Source: Candidatus Latescibacterota bacterium (GTDB lineage Bacteria; Latescibacterota; UBA2968; SICM01). From it: DNA of 64,000 nt. The translations under genes and the position numbers were made by a program. The notes beneath the pieces were generated by a model. That model saw only the letters and a program-made list of their open reading frames with translations. It was not told the origin of the DNA and ran no database searches. Position 1 is the first letter of the stretch; each line of letters opens with the position of its first letter. Location of the stretch: contig CBDCJO010000001.1 of assembly GCA_965217865.1 (NCBI GenBank), positions 128,001-192,000 of the forward strand, in the 5' to 3' direction. Positions 10,016 through 18,638 of the stretch are shown one piece after another.

Positions 10016-10207
10016 GGGGAAGGAAATTGAAGAATGAAGATTGAATATTGAAGTAAGACCCTACCACTCATCCCCACCGGAATACAGAATACAGAAGTCA
10101 GAAGAAGACCTGAATTCAACTCAGACGTCAAATCGTGAGACGTGAGACGCGTGTCGGAGGTCGGATGTCAGGGGTCAGATTCACGAGTCACGATCGACGA
10201 TCCACGG
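10016..10207. repeat. Heptamer array containing direct-repeat copy B (10037..10165)
   Basis: TGAAGAA TGAAGAT TGAATAT TGAAGTA; TACAGAA x2; CGTGAGA x2; TCGGAGG TCGGATG TCAGGGG; TCACGAG TCACGAT CGACGAT CCACGGG. Confidence 0.85.
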
Positions 10208-10241
10208 GTTTTTGGCACATCCCTGCAGTAATCTGCCTCAT

Positions 10242-10272
10242 AAAAAAGGCTCCCGATTGGGAGCCTTTTGTT
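10242..10272. terminator. Bidirectional-type intrinsic terminator between NHL paralogue 2 and tRNA-Arg
   Basis: AAAAAAGGCTCCC-GATT-GGGAGCCTTTTG. Confidence 0.7.
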
Positions 10273-10391
10273 CTCAACACTATTGATCAGTTTTCCTGAG
10301 TAAAACTGTCATCCTACTGAGCGCGATACTACCAAAGCACCGATCTTTCACCAGACTGTGTGCGCGAAGGATCTCTTTTTTGGTTCTTATA

Positions 10392-10468
10392 TGGCGCGCC
10401 TGGGGCGACTCGAACGCCCGACCTGCGGATTCGAAGTCCGACGCTCTATCCATCTGAGCTACAGGCGC
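10392..10468 (-). tRNA. tRNA-Arg (anticodon TCG)
   Basis: Reverse complement GCGCCTG TAGCTCAGATGGATAGAGC G TCGGA CT TCG AA TCCGC AGGTC GGGCG TTCGAGT CGCCC CAGGCGC G CCA; 77 nt, encoded CCA. Confidence 0.95.
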
Positions 10469-10538
10469 GTCTTAAAAAATATATAGATTAAAATTTGAAA
10501 CACAAGGAAAAATGGACGCGGAGTGGTGACGGTGCCCC

Positions 10539-10633
10539 ATTGAATATTGAATATCGGAAAATTGAATATTTGAACACTCAGGACTATCGACCTCTTCAAT
10601 CTTCAATGCCTTTCCAATCTTCAATCTTCAATT
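10539..10633. repeat. Inverted heptamer arrays (ATTGAAT-type then ATCTTCA-type)
   Basis: ATTGAAT ATTGAAT ATCGGAA..ATTGAAT followed by CTCTTCA ATCTTCA..ATCTTCA ATCTTCA, which are roughly complementary. Confidence 0.7.
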
Positions 10634-10651
10634 TACCTTGTCCCTTTCGGC

Positions 10652-10680
10652 TTGACACTTTTGAACATGCTTCTTATCTT
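10652..10680 (+). promoter_or_regulatory. Sigma70-type promoter for the PTS IIA-ftsH unit
   Basis: TTGACA - 17 bp - TATCTT. Confidence 0.6.
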
Positions 10681-10752
10681 GTTATTCTGAAGAAGCTTTC
10701 GAAAACTTCATGAAAGGTTTCTTGTAAATATTCCAGCCGCCCGGGAAGGTTC

Positions 10753-11217
10753 TTGATGCCGAAGCTCTTGGCATGCCTGCGTGAAGATCGGGTGATTTTC
10801 GATCTTCAAGCCCAAAAGAAGATGGAGGCGATCCGTGAGTTGGCGATGTCTCTAGAGGGAGACGTCGGAATCACCGACCTTAAGCGGTTTCTCTCGCTCG
10901 TCATGCAGAGGGAAAAGATCGAGACCACTGCGGTGGGACACGGAGTCGCCATACCTCACGCCCACGGGGACTGTACCAAGTCGCTTGTGATCGGGGTAGG
11001 CCTTTCTCAAAACGGAATCGACTTTGGGGCGATGGATGGGGAGGCCGTCAGAATCATTGTGATGATCGCTTCACCGGTCCGCCATTTCCAGGATTATCTC
11101 AAGGCGGTATCTCGCGTCGCACGCCTATTAAATCAGAAAGATTGTCGGGAACGAATCTACGAAGCCCAAACCGTTCCTGAAGTCATCGATGTGTTCAAAT
11201 TGATTGACAAACTCTAA
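10753..11217 (+). CDS. PTS IIA domain protein (PtsN / fructose-mannitol type)
   Basis: REKIETTAVGHGVAIPHA phospho-His motif; GIDFGAMDGEAVRII. Confidence 0.9.
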   Translation: MMPKLLACLREDRVIFDLQAQKKMEAIRELAMSLEGDVGITDLKRFLSLVMQREKIETTAVGHGVAIPHAHGDCTKSLVIGVGLSQNGIDFGAMDGEAVRIIVMIASPVRHFQDYLKAVSRVARLLNQKDCRERIYEAQTVPEVIDVFKLIDKL

Positions 11218-11238
11218 CCCTCTCGAACAAAACCTCGA

Positions 11239-13089
11239 ATGGAACGTCGAATCCGATTCTCGATCTGGTATGCCGTCGCTGCGTTCCTGATCCTTTCTGC
11301 CATCCAAACCTACCTCAGTTCCAACGTAGAGGAGATCGCATATAGCGATTTTCGACGGTTGGTCGTCGAGGGAAAGATAAAGGAATGTTCAATCGGAGTT
11401 GAGCGGATCCAGGGTATTTTGGGGGAACCAGCCCAGGAGGAGGGAGATAAACCGATTGGATCGTTACGGTTTGTAACGACGCGAGTCGACGATCCGGATC
11501 TTGTAAAACTTCTCGAAGATCATCAGGTCAATTATACGGGCCAGGGGGGGGACGACTGGTTCAAGACCATCCTCTCATGGATCGTGCCAACGGCAATATT
11601 CTTAGGGGTGTGGATCTTTCTGTTTCGTCGGATGAGCGGTCCCATGGGTGGGGTGATGTCCATAGGAAAGAGCAGGGCGAAGATCTATGTCGAGGACAAG
11701 ACCAAAGTCACCTTCACCGACGTGGCCGGGATTGACGAGGCGAAGGAAGAATTGATGGAGATCGTTGAATTCCTGAAAACTCCCGACAAGTTTAAGCGCC
11801 TGGGGGGACGCATCCCGAAAGGTGTACTCCTCGTGGGGCCTCCTGGTACGGGGAAAACGCTGTTGGCCAGGGCCGTCGCCGGGGAATCCGGGGTGCCCTT
11901 TTTCAACCTAAGCGGTTCGGACTTCGTCGAGATGTTCGTGGGTGTGGGGGCATCCCGTGTTCGCGATCTCTTTCAGCAGGCCAAGTCCCACGCTCCCTGC
12001 ATCATTTTCATCGACGAGCTCGACGCCTTGGGCAAAGCCCGGGGAATCAATCCCGTTGGAGGCCACGACGAACGCGAACAGACCCTCAATCAGCTTCTTA
12101 CCGAGATGGACGGCTTCGACACAAATCTCGGGGTGATTCTGATGGCCGCCACGAACCGGCCGGAAATTCTGGATCTTGCCCTCCTGCGCCCCGGACGTTT
12201 CGACCGTCACGTGGTCGTAGATCGGCCTGACATCAGCGGCCGGGAGGCGATCCTGAAAATCCACGCACGAAATGTGAAGCTTGCCGCCGAGACCGACCTG
12301 CGGACCATCGCCGCCCGGACTCCGGGGTTCGTCGGGGCCGACCTGGCCAACTTGATTAATGAGGCCGCCTTGCGCGCTGCCCGGAAGGATCGAAGTGAGA
12401 TTCAGATGAAAGATGTGGAGGAGGCCATCGATCGGGTCGTGGCGGGCCTGGAAAAGAAGAACAGGGCGATGAGTGAAAAAGAGAGGGAAATTATTGCTTA
12501 TCACGAAGCAGGTCACGCCATCGTAACGGAGATTTTGCCCGGGGTCGACCGGCTTCACCGCATTTCGATCATTCCGAGGGGGGTAGCTGCCCTGGGTTAC
12601 ACGCTGCTCCTTCCGACTGAAGACCGTTATTTGATGACCCGGGAGGAACTCTTGCGGAAAGTCGATGCCCTCCTGGGTGGAAGGGTTGCAGAGGAGCTCA
12701 TATTCGATGAAATATCGACCGGAGCACAGGATGACCTCCGACGGGTCACTCAAATCGTCGAGAGCATGGTAAAGGAATACGGGATGAGCGAACGGCTTGG
12801 ACTTGTCTCTTATAATAACGATCGCACCCCTTCCCTCATGGGCTTCCACACCCCGATGACCGACGGTAAGCATTATAGTGAGGAAACCGCCCGCAGAATT
12901 GACTCTGAAATCGCCCGAATCGTAGATGAGGCCTACAGTCGCGTGACGAAACTCCTTGGGGGAAAAAAGCCGGTCCTTGAGCGGCTCGCAAAGGTGCTGC
13001 TCGAAAAGGAGGTTGTCGAGAGGGAGGAAGTCAGCAAGATGATGGCCGAAGATCCCCCGGACCTCTCCATTCAGCGCACCAACGCTTAG
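11239..13089 (+). CDS. ftsH: ATP-dependent zinc metalloprotease FtsH
   Basis: Two N-terminal TMs, GPPGTGKT Walker A, IIFIDELD Walker [19 protein letters not shown] zinc motif. Confidence 0.97.
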   Translation: MERRIRFSIWYAVAAFLILSAIQTYLSSNVEEIAYSDFRRLVVEGKIKECSIGVERIQGILGEPAQEEGDKPIGSLRFVTTRVDDPDLVKLLEDHQVNYTGQGGDDWFKTILSWIVPTAIFLGVWIFLFRRMSGPMGGVMSIGKSRAKIYVEDKTKVTFTDVAGIDEAKEELMEIVEFLKTPDKFKRLGGRIPKGVLLVGPPGTGKTLLARAVAGESGVPFFNLSGSDFVEMFVGVGASRVRDLFQQAKSHAPCIIFIDELDALGKARGINPVGGHDEREQTLNQLLTEMDGFDTNLGVILMAATNRPEILDLALLRPGRFDRHVVVDRPDISGREAILKIHARNVKLAAETDLRTIAARTPGFVGADLANLINEAALRAARKDRSEIQMKDVEEAIDRVVAGLEKKNRAMSEKEREIIAYHEAGHAIVTEILPGVDRLHRISIIPRGVAALGYTLLLPTEDRYLMTREELLRKVDALLGGRVAEELIFDEISTGAQDDLRRVTQIVESMVKEYGMSERLGLVSYNNDRTPSLMGFHTPMTDGKHYSEETARRIDSEIARIVDEAYSRVTKLLGGKKPVLERLAKVLLEKEVVEREEVSKMMAEDPPDLSIQRTNA

Positions 13090-13188
13090 ACTTATCCCCG
13101 ATCCTCGATTGAAACGAGTTGCCCCTTTCCCCGGACCGCGCAATCAGATGACATTCCCTGTCGGGGTGGGTTTCTCGGTGGGGGATCG

Positions 13189-14970
13189 ATGACCAGTCGA
13201 AATCGTATCAGGAAACCGCTTACCCTCCTTCTTCTCACCGTCCTTTTCAATCAGCCTGCCCTCTCTGAGCAGACCCTCACCGTAAAGTCACTTCGTTTTT
13301 CCGGGAATCGGAAAATATCCGACAGAAAGCTCCTGCGCCAGATATTGACCGGACACCCTGCGTGGTATGCCTGGCTTCCCTTTGTTCGCCATCCTCGATT
13401 TGACTCCGGAGATTTTTCAAACGACATCCTTCGGCTTGAATCCTACTATAAGGACAGGGGATATTATAACGTCTCCATTGACGCCCAAACGACTCGTCGA
13501 GAAGATCGGGTGGAACTGGTCATCCAGATCGACGAAGGTATTCAAACCCGGCTGAAAAAGCTCTCCATCAATGGCCGCCACGGTGTCGATTCGAGCCACG
13601 TGATTCGAAACCTCACCCTCCAACCTCCCCGGCCTTTTCGAGGTTCCCTCCTTGAACCTGACAAGCGATCTATCCTCAACTACCTCAAAAACAGCGGATA
13701 TCCTTATGCATCCGTCTCGGCTTCCATCCGTTTGAATCCCGAAGATGGGTCGGCTTTCGTGATATATCACGTTGACCCGGGACAAAAGGCAACGTTCGGA
13801 GAAGTGGTCGTCACTGGAAACAATGGGGTTTCAACAGATGCGATCCGGCGCGGGTTGGATTTTCGGCCGGAAGGGCCCTTTCTGAAAGATCGTTTGATCA
13901 ACACCCAGAGACGAATATACAGGGCTGGGGCCTTCAGGGCAGTGACCGTCAAGCCCGACCTGTCAGACAGTTCCCGGACTTCAGTGGATGTAAACGTCTC
14001 CGTTCAGGAACGACCCTTCAACCACATCCGCATCGGTCTGGGTTATGACACCGAAGAATCGGTGCGGGGTTCCGGGGCCTGGGGCCACCGGAACTTCTTG
14101 GGAGGAGCGAGGAATTTGACCATTACCGGCCGGGCGAGCCGGATACTGGTCGAAGGTGAGACAAATTTCCGACAACCCTTCGTGATCGACAGCCGCACGG
14201 ATCTTGGCCTCACCGCTTACATCCGTCGGCTTCGAGAGCCCGGGGTCCGGGGAACTCACGTGGGGGGGGCGCTCGGTTTGTCCAGAGAGTTCGCCAAACA
14301 CCTGGTGGGCGGGCTTCAATACGAACAGAAACTGATCAAAGCGGATCAGGACACGATGCTCTTCAATGTCCGCTCTTCCCTGGTTCGAGATACGCGCAGC
14401 GACATTTTCGATCCAAGGTTTGGCTCGTTCTTCATAGCGACCGTGGAGCAAGTTTTCGTGCAGCGATCAAAAAATTTCCTGAGGATCACGACAGAGGGAA
14501 GGTGGTATCGGCCGCTCAGTGGACGATTGACCTTTGCGATGCGGCTCTTTGGCGGGGCCATCAGGCTGCCATCGGGGGGAAGGATCGTCAGCTCGGAGAG
14601 GTACTTCGCGGGGGGATCCGCCAGCCTTCGGGGATGGGGGCTCCAGGAGTTGGGCCAGTCTGTGGACCCGGTACGATTTATACCCAGGGGCGGACTCTAT
14701 AAAGCGGAAGGAAGCGCGGAACTTCGGCTCCGTCTCCCCAAACGAATCGGTCTGGCCGGATTCGTGGATTTCGGAAACCTGGGGGATGAACTGGAAGTCT
14801 ATCACTTCTCCAACTTCGCCTTCGCCATTGGCGGGGGGTTGCGATACAACAGCCCCATCGGACCTGTCCGGTTCGACTTGGGCTACAAGGCTAAGGACCC
14901 CTTCAGGTCCAGGGAGAACTTCGGCCTGAGCCGATACAATCTCCACTTCAGTCTGGGTCAGGCTTTCTAA
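13189..14970 (+). CDS. Omp85 (BamA/TamA) family outer-membrane protein with three POTRA domains
   Basis: POTRA motifs (YYKDRGYY, YLKNSGYPYA), RNFLGGA, YFAGGSASLRGW, GLRYNSPIGPVRFDLG, terminal HFSLGQAF. Confidence 0.9.
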   Translation: MTSRNRIRKPLTLLLLTVLFNQPALSEQTLTVKSLRFSGNRKISDRKLLRQILTGHPAWYAWLPFVRHPRFDSGDFSNDILRLESYYKDRGYYNVSIDAQTTRREDRVELVIQIDEGIQTRLKKLSINGRHGVDSSHVIRNLTLQPPRPFRGSLLEPDKRSILNYLKNSGYPYASVSASIRLNPEDGSAFVIYHVDPGQKATFGEVVVTGNNGVSTDAIRRGLDFRPEGPFLKDRLINTQRRIYRAGAFRAVTVKPDLSDSSRTSVDVNVSVQERPFNHIRIGLGYDTEESVRGSGAWGHRNFLGGARNLTITGRASRILVEGETNFRQPFVIDSRTDLGLTAYIRRLREPGVRGTHVGGALGLSREFAKHLVGGLQYEQKLIKADQDTMLFNVRSSLVRDTRSDIFDPRFGSFFIATVEQVFVQRSKNFLRITTEGRWYRPLSGRLTFAMRLFGGAIRLPSGGRIVSSERYFAGGSASLRGWGLQELGQSVDPVRFIPRGGLYKAEGSAELRLRLPKRIGLAGFVDFGNLGDELEVYHFSNFAFAIGGGLRYNSPIGPVRFDLGYKAKDPFRSRENFGLSRYNLHFSLGQAF

Positions 14971-15028
14971 AAACAGGTTCAGATTCCAGTCCCCAGCTGG
15001 CCCTACATCATAAATTGGAACAGAAAAC

Positions 15029-15526
15029 TTGAAACCTGAAAAAAAATTGGATTCCGGCGCTACATTTGACCCGACGGGTCGGTACCGCTACTCGCTCTGG
15101 CGGGAATGGGATCGGGAGTCACCACGGATAGCTTTCGTTCTGCTCAACCCGAGCACTGCCGACGCGACCAGAAACGACCCGACAATCCGTCGATGCATCG
15201 GCTTTGCCCGATCGTGGGGCTATGGTTCGGTCGAGGTGGTCAACCTCTTTGCTTATCGATCCAAAGACCCGGCAATCCTTAGGAAAGTGCCTGACCCAAT
15301 AGGCCCGAAAAATGGTTTCTATATAAAAAAAGCGACCCGTCGCGCAAGGGACACGGTCGTGGCCTGGGGAAATCATGGTTCGCTTTTCAACCGGGACCGG
15401 GGAGCGCTGGACAACCTCCTTGAACGGGGTGATGTCGTTTACTGCCTTGGAAGGACACAGGCCGGACATCCTCGCCATCCACTTTACCTCAAAGGGGATA
15501 CCATGTTATCTCCATTATTACAATAA
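15029..15526 (+). CDS. DUF1643 domain protein
   Basis: YRYSLWREWD, LNPSTADATRNDPTIRRCIGFA, NLFAYR, AWG, HPRHPLY. Confidence 0.9.
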   Translation: MKPEKKLDSGATFDPTGRYRYSLWREWDRESPRIAFVLLNPSTADATRNDPTIRRCIGFARSWGYGSVEVVNLFAYRSKDPAILRKVPDPIGPKNGFYIKKATRRARDTVVAWGNHGSLFNRDRGALDNLLERGDVVYCLGRTQAGHPRHPLYLKGDTMLSPLLQ

Positions 15527-15621
15527 CATCCATATTATACAATATCTTAGAACAAATCCTAGCGCGCTCCTATACCCACCTTCTGAAATCAAACCCGATC
15601 AATTCCGTTCTACATGCCACG

Positions 15622-16374
15622 TTATGGCTTCTTAAGCGCCTTGGTGATCGTGTACCTCACCATCGTGAAATCTTTAACCCCTCTGATGTTTTTTGCGGTC
15701 CAATCAACCCCCTGTCGAATCTGTGCATCGGTGAAACCTTGCTCGCGCATCGTTTGATATGCCCCTAGGTCCGCTGTTCGTTGTTCTGCAGAGCTCTCTG
15801 TCCCTCCGGTGGCGTGGTAGAAGTCATCGATCGTCTTGATAGCCTCCGCGTGGCCCTCGGATCCCTCTTCCAGGGGTGGTCCTTCGCTGGCAGGGATTTT
15901 AGCCTGCATTTCGTTGATCTTTTCTCCATAAATCTGCACCTGGAGATTTTCGTTTCTGAGGCGATTGCTCAGGATCTCCACGACATTTTTATACATTCTG
16001 ACGGCCATTGCGGGTTCCTTCGCTAGAACCCTTAAAAGATCCGCCCGGGAAAGAAGGACAAAATTCCCATCCTTTAATACCTCCACAGTCGCCGATCGCG
16101 GCTCTCCGGTAAATATACCCATCTCCCCGACGGTTTCCGGCCGGGAAAGCCTGGCCAGGGGGATATTGTCGGAAGTTCGAACCAGGACCTCCCCGCTCAG
16201 AATCAGGTACATCTCATTGCTGGGGGTATCACTCTCCATCAGGATCTCCCCCCTCTTGAAGTTCTTCATGCTGCATATCTGAAGGAGAACCAGGATCTGA
16301 TCTGGGGCAAATCCCTTCATAAGAGGCACGGATGTTCGAAGGATCGTTGCCAGTTCTTGACGCTTTTCGTCCAT
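15622..16374 (-). CDS. Cyclic nucleotide-binding domain protein with coiled coil and non-Crp helical C-terminal domain
   Basis: MYLILSGEVLV..VGEMGIFTGEPRSATV cNMP signature; ATG 16374 follows a GAGG RBS (track start 16443). Confidence 0.85.
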   Translation of the reverse strand: MDEKRQELATILRTSVPLMKGFAPDQILVLLQICSMKNFKRGEILMESDTPSNEMYLILSGEVLVRTSDNIPLARLSRPETVGEMGIFTGEPRSATVEVLKDGNFVLLSRADLLRVLAKEPAMAVRMYKNVVEILSNRLRNENLQVQIYGEKINEMQAKIPASEGPPLEEGSEGHAEAIKTIDDFYHATGGTESSAEQRTADLGAYQTMREQGFTDAQIRQGVDWTAKNIRGVKDFTMVRYTITKALKKP

Positions 16375-16796
16375 GGGAAACCTCGTCCCGTTGGTAAATC
16401 CTCTCGTTCCAACACATTCCCGCCTCCCCGACCTAACCCTCAAAAAATACCGTTACATATAATAACCTTAGAGATGCGTTGTCAAGAAGAATTGATCGTT
16501 GATATCCTAAAGCTTTTTGAGTTTGTTCCGATAGTATACAATAAGGATTTAACCACCGCTCGCATCTACATTGCTGGGAGGGCAAGATGCACCAACAGGA
16601 TGTTGACGAAGTCAGGGAAGAGGGCGGATGGGATAAGAAAGCAGGCCCCCGGGAGACACTTCGGGGATGTGAACCGTTGATGGCCGATGGGTTGGATTAC
16701 TCCAACGCCCTTATTGATAGCAAATTGGCTTTTTTCTTCGGGAATTCTTATAGATCTCTTGTCTATGCGGACGGGGGAGATTAGGAGGTTGAAGAC

Positions 16797-16985
16797 ATGC
16801 CAAGCTATAACTCCGAAGAGATGATCCAAAGATACGGTTTAAAGAAAGGGCTGGAGCTTCTGAACGCTTTGACCGCTGTGGAGCTGGGCGTGATCAATGA
16901 CCAGCAGCTCCGCCGGTTTATGCATAGGAATATCTCTTTCTTCTTCCCAAATTCACTCCCGCGAAGATACCCTTTCCCGGTCTAA
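16797..16985 (+). CDS. Small hypothetical protein (62 aa)
   Basis: Strong AGGAGG RBS, ATG start, followed by a strong terminator; a possible partner ORF ends at 16784. Confidence 0.5.
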   Translation: MPSYNSEEMIQRYGLKKGLELLNALTAVELGVINDQQLRRFMHRNISFFFPNSLPRRYPFPV

Positions 16986-17025
16986 GTTTGGTTTGAAGAT
17001 CCGACAGTTCTAAAAAGCGCTCCCC

Positions 17026-17066
17026 ACCGGGGTGCGGGCTTTAAGCCCGCACCCCGGTTTTTATTT
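17026..17066 (+). terminator. Intrinsic terminator
   Basis: ACCGGGGTGCGGGCTT-T-AAGCCCGCACCCCGGT perfect palindrome followed by TTTTATTT. Confidence 0.8.
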
Positions 17067-17083
17067 CAATGGTTTGAAATATC

Positions 17084-17112
17084 TTGACTTAAAGGGTCGT
17101 CGGACATACATT
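17084..17112 (+). promoter_or_regulatory. Sigma70-type promoter upstream of the small ORF and obgE
   Basis: TTGACT - 17 bp - TACATT. Confidence 0.55.
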
Positions 17113-17148
17113 GTAGACCAAGAGTACATCCGAATAGAGGAGGACCGG

Positions 17149-17277
17149 ATGAACCACGACATCAGGAAATTTGCACTGCGGCTCAAGTTGATCAAAATTC
17201 TGGGACGTCTCACAGAATCAAGGCGTCAGCTTCAAATCCTCCAAATTTGGAAGAAAGCGCTGATCTCTCCAAACTGA
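17149..17277 (+). CDS. Small basic helical peptide (42 aa, MNHDIRKFALRLKLIK...ISPN)
   Basis: GAGGAGG RBS before ATG 17149, with its own promoter immediately upstream. Confidence 0.5.
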   Translation: MNHDIRKFALRLKLIKILGRLTESRRQLQILQIWKKALISPN

Positions 17278-17361
17278 ACAGGCCGATTCTAAGCCCTGGA
17301 TCAGCTCACCGAACGTTCCCTCGGAATCTCCTTCGGTTCTTCATTCCCCTCCGTAGTTCAT

Positions 17362-18348
17362 ATGACCTTCGTCGACCAGGTGAGCATTCGGATTCGATCG
17401 GGTGACGGGGGCCCGGGTTGCGCCAGCTTCCGGCGGGAAAAATACGTCCCCCACGGCGGACCCGACGGCGGAGACGGTGGGAACGGCGGAGATGTCGTGA
17501 TAAAAGTCAATTCTCGCCTGGGCACCCTTCTAGACCTACGCTACCGCCAGCATTATCAGGCCGGTCACGGAGGATGTGGCCGCGGAAAAAATCAGACCGG
17601 TCCCCGGGGGAACGACATCGACATCTCAGTTCCACCCGGAACCCTTGTCCGTGATGCCGAAACCCTGAAGATCCTTGTCGATCTGGTCAGTGATGGTCAG
17701 CGGGAGATACTCCTTCACGGAGGCCGGAGGGGAAAGGGAAACGCCCGCTTTTCGACTTCAAAAAACCAAACCCCCGACTGGGCAGAGCCTGGAAAACCGG
17801 GGTCTGAGATTAGCCTCAACCTGGAACTCAAACTGATCGCAGATGTTGGGCTCGTCGGTCCACCAAACGTGGGGAAATCCACCCTCCTATCACGCCTCTC
17901 AGCAGCCCGCCCGAAAATTGCGGATTACCCTTTCACGACCCTTAGGCCAAACCTTGGAATCGTCCGTTCAGGGGATACGAGCAGCTTCGTTATGGCCGAT
18001 ATCCCTGGACTCATAGAAATGGCCCACGAAGGCCGCGGGCTCGGATTCCGGTTCCTTCGACACATCGAACGAACCCGCGTGCTCCTTTTCATGATCGACG
18101 CCCTCAACGAAGATCCGCGAGATGCCCTCGAGACACTCCGGAAGGAGCTCCGGCTTTTCAATCCCAACCTTCTAAAAAAACCGAGCCTCGTGGCCATCAC
18201 CAAGATCGACCTCTTCCCCGATGTCGATCTGCCGGAAAATATTTTCGAAGAGAAGATCCCCTGTCTCCCGATCTCTTCAGTCACGGGGGAAGGGATTGAG
18301 GATTTGCGGAAGCGTCTGGGAGAAATCGTCAGACGGGATGCGATGTAA
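17362..18348 (+). CDS. obgE: GTPase ObgE/CgtA
   Basis: FVDQV..GDGGPG..FRREKYVPHGGPDGGDGG; GPPNVGKST; ADYPFTT; DIPG; TKID. Confidence 0.97.
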   Translation: MTFVDQVSIRIRSGDGGPGCASFRREKYVPHGGPDGGDGGNGGDVVIKVNSRLGTLLDLRYRQHYQAGHGGCGRGKNQTGPRGNDIDISVPPGTLVRDAETLKILVDLVSDGQREILLHGGRRGKGNARFSTSKNQTPDWAEPGKPGSEISLNLELKLIADVGLVGPPNVGKSTLLSRLSAARPKIADYPFTTLRPNLGIVRSGDTSSFVMADIPGLIEMAHEGRGLGFRFLRHIERTRVLLFMIDALNEDPRDALETLRKELRLFNPNLLKKPSLVAITKIDLFPDVDLPENIFEEKIPCLPISSVTGEGIEDLRKRLGEIVRRDAM

Positions 18349-18370
18349 GGGATCCGACCGCTTCTCCTTT

Positions 18371-18448
18371 ATCAATCTTCAATCGTCGATCTTCAATTTT
18401 TCCTGACCTCTGACCCCTGGCTTTTCCATTTTCCATTTTCCATTTTCA
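18371..18448. repeat. Pyrimidine-rich heptamer array
   Basis: ATCAATC TTCAATC GTCGATC TTCAATT..CTCTGAC CCCTGGC TTTTCCA x3. Confidence 0.8.
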
Positions 18449-18461
18449 TGAAGGAGTATCG

Positions 18462-18620
18462 ATGCCGACCCGTTGTCCTTCTTGCCAGGGAAAAGGAACC
18501 ATCGAGGAAGAGATGACGTGCCCCGACTGCACTGGAATGGGGTGCGGAAAGTGTCAGGACGGGGTCCTGATGACGCGCAAGAGATGTCCGGCTTGTAAAG
18601 GCAGGGGGAAGACCGGGTGA
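18462..18620 (+). CDS. Small stand-alone DnaJ-type zinc-finger protein (52 aa; not in the ORF track)
   Basis: MPTRCPSCQGKG..CPDCTGMGCGKCQDG..CPACKGRGKTG with four CxxC motifs; AAGGAG RBS. Confidence 0.8.
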   Translation: MPTRCPSCQGKGTIEEEMTCPDCTGMGCGKCQDGVLMTRKRCPACKGRGKTG

Positions 18621-18638
18621 GCGTCCTTAAGCCCCTCC

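Noticed and set aside
4150-10392. Genomic island integrated at the tRNA-Arg 3' end
   Set aside because: No duplicated tRNA 3' fragment seen and no adjacent integrase
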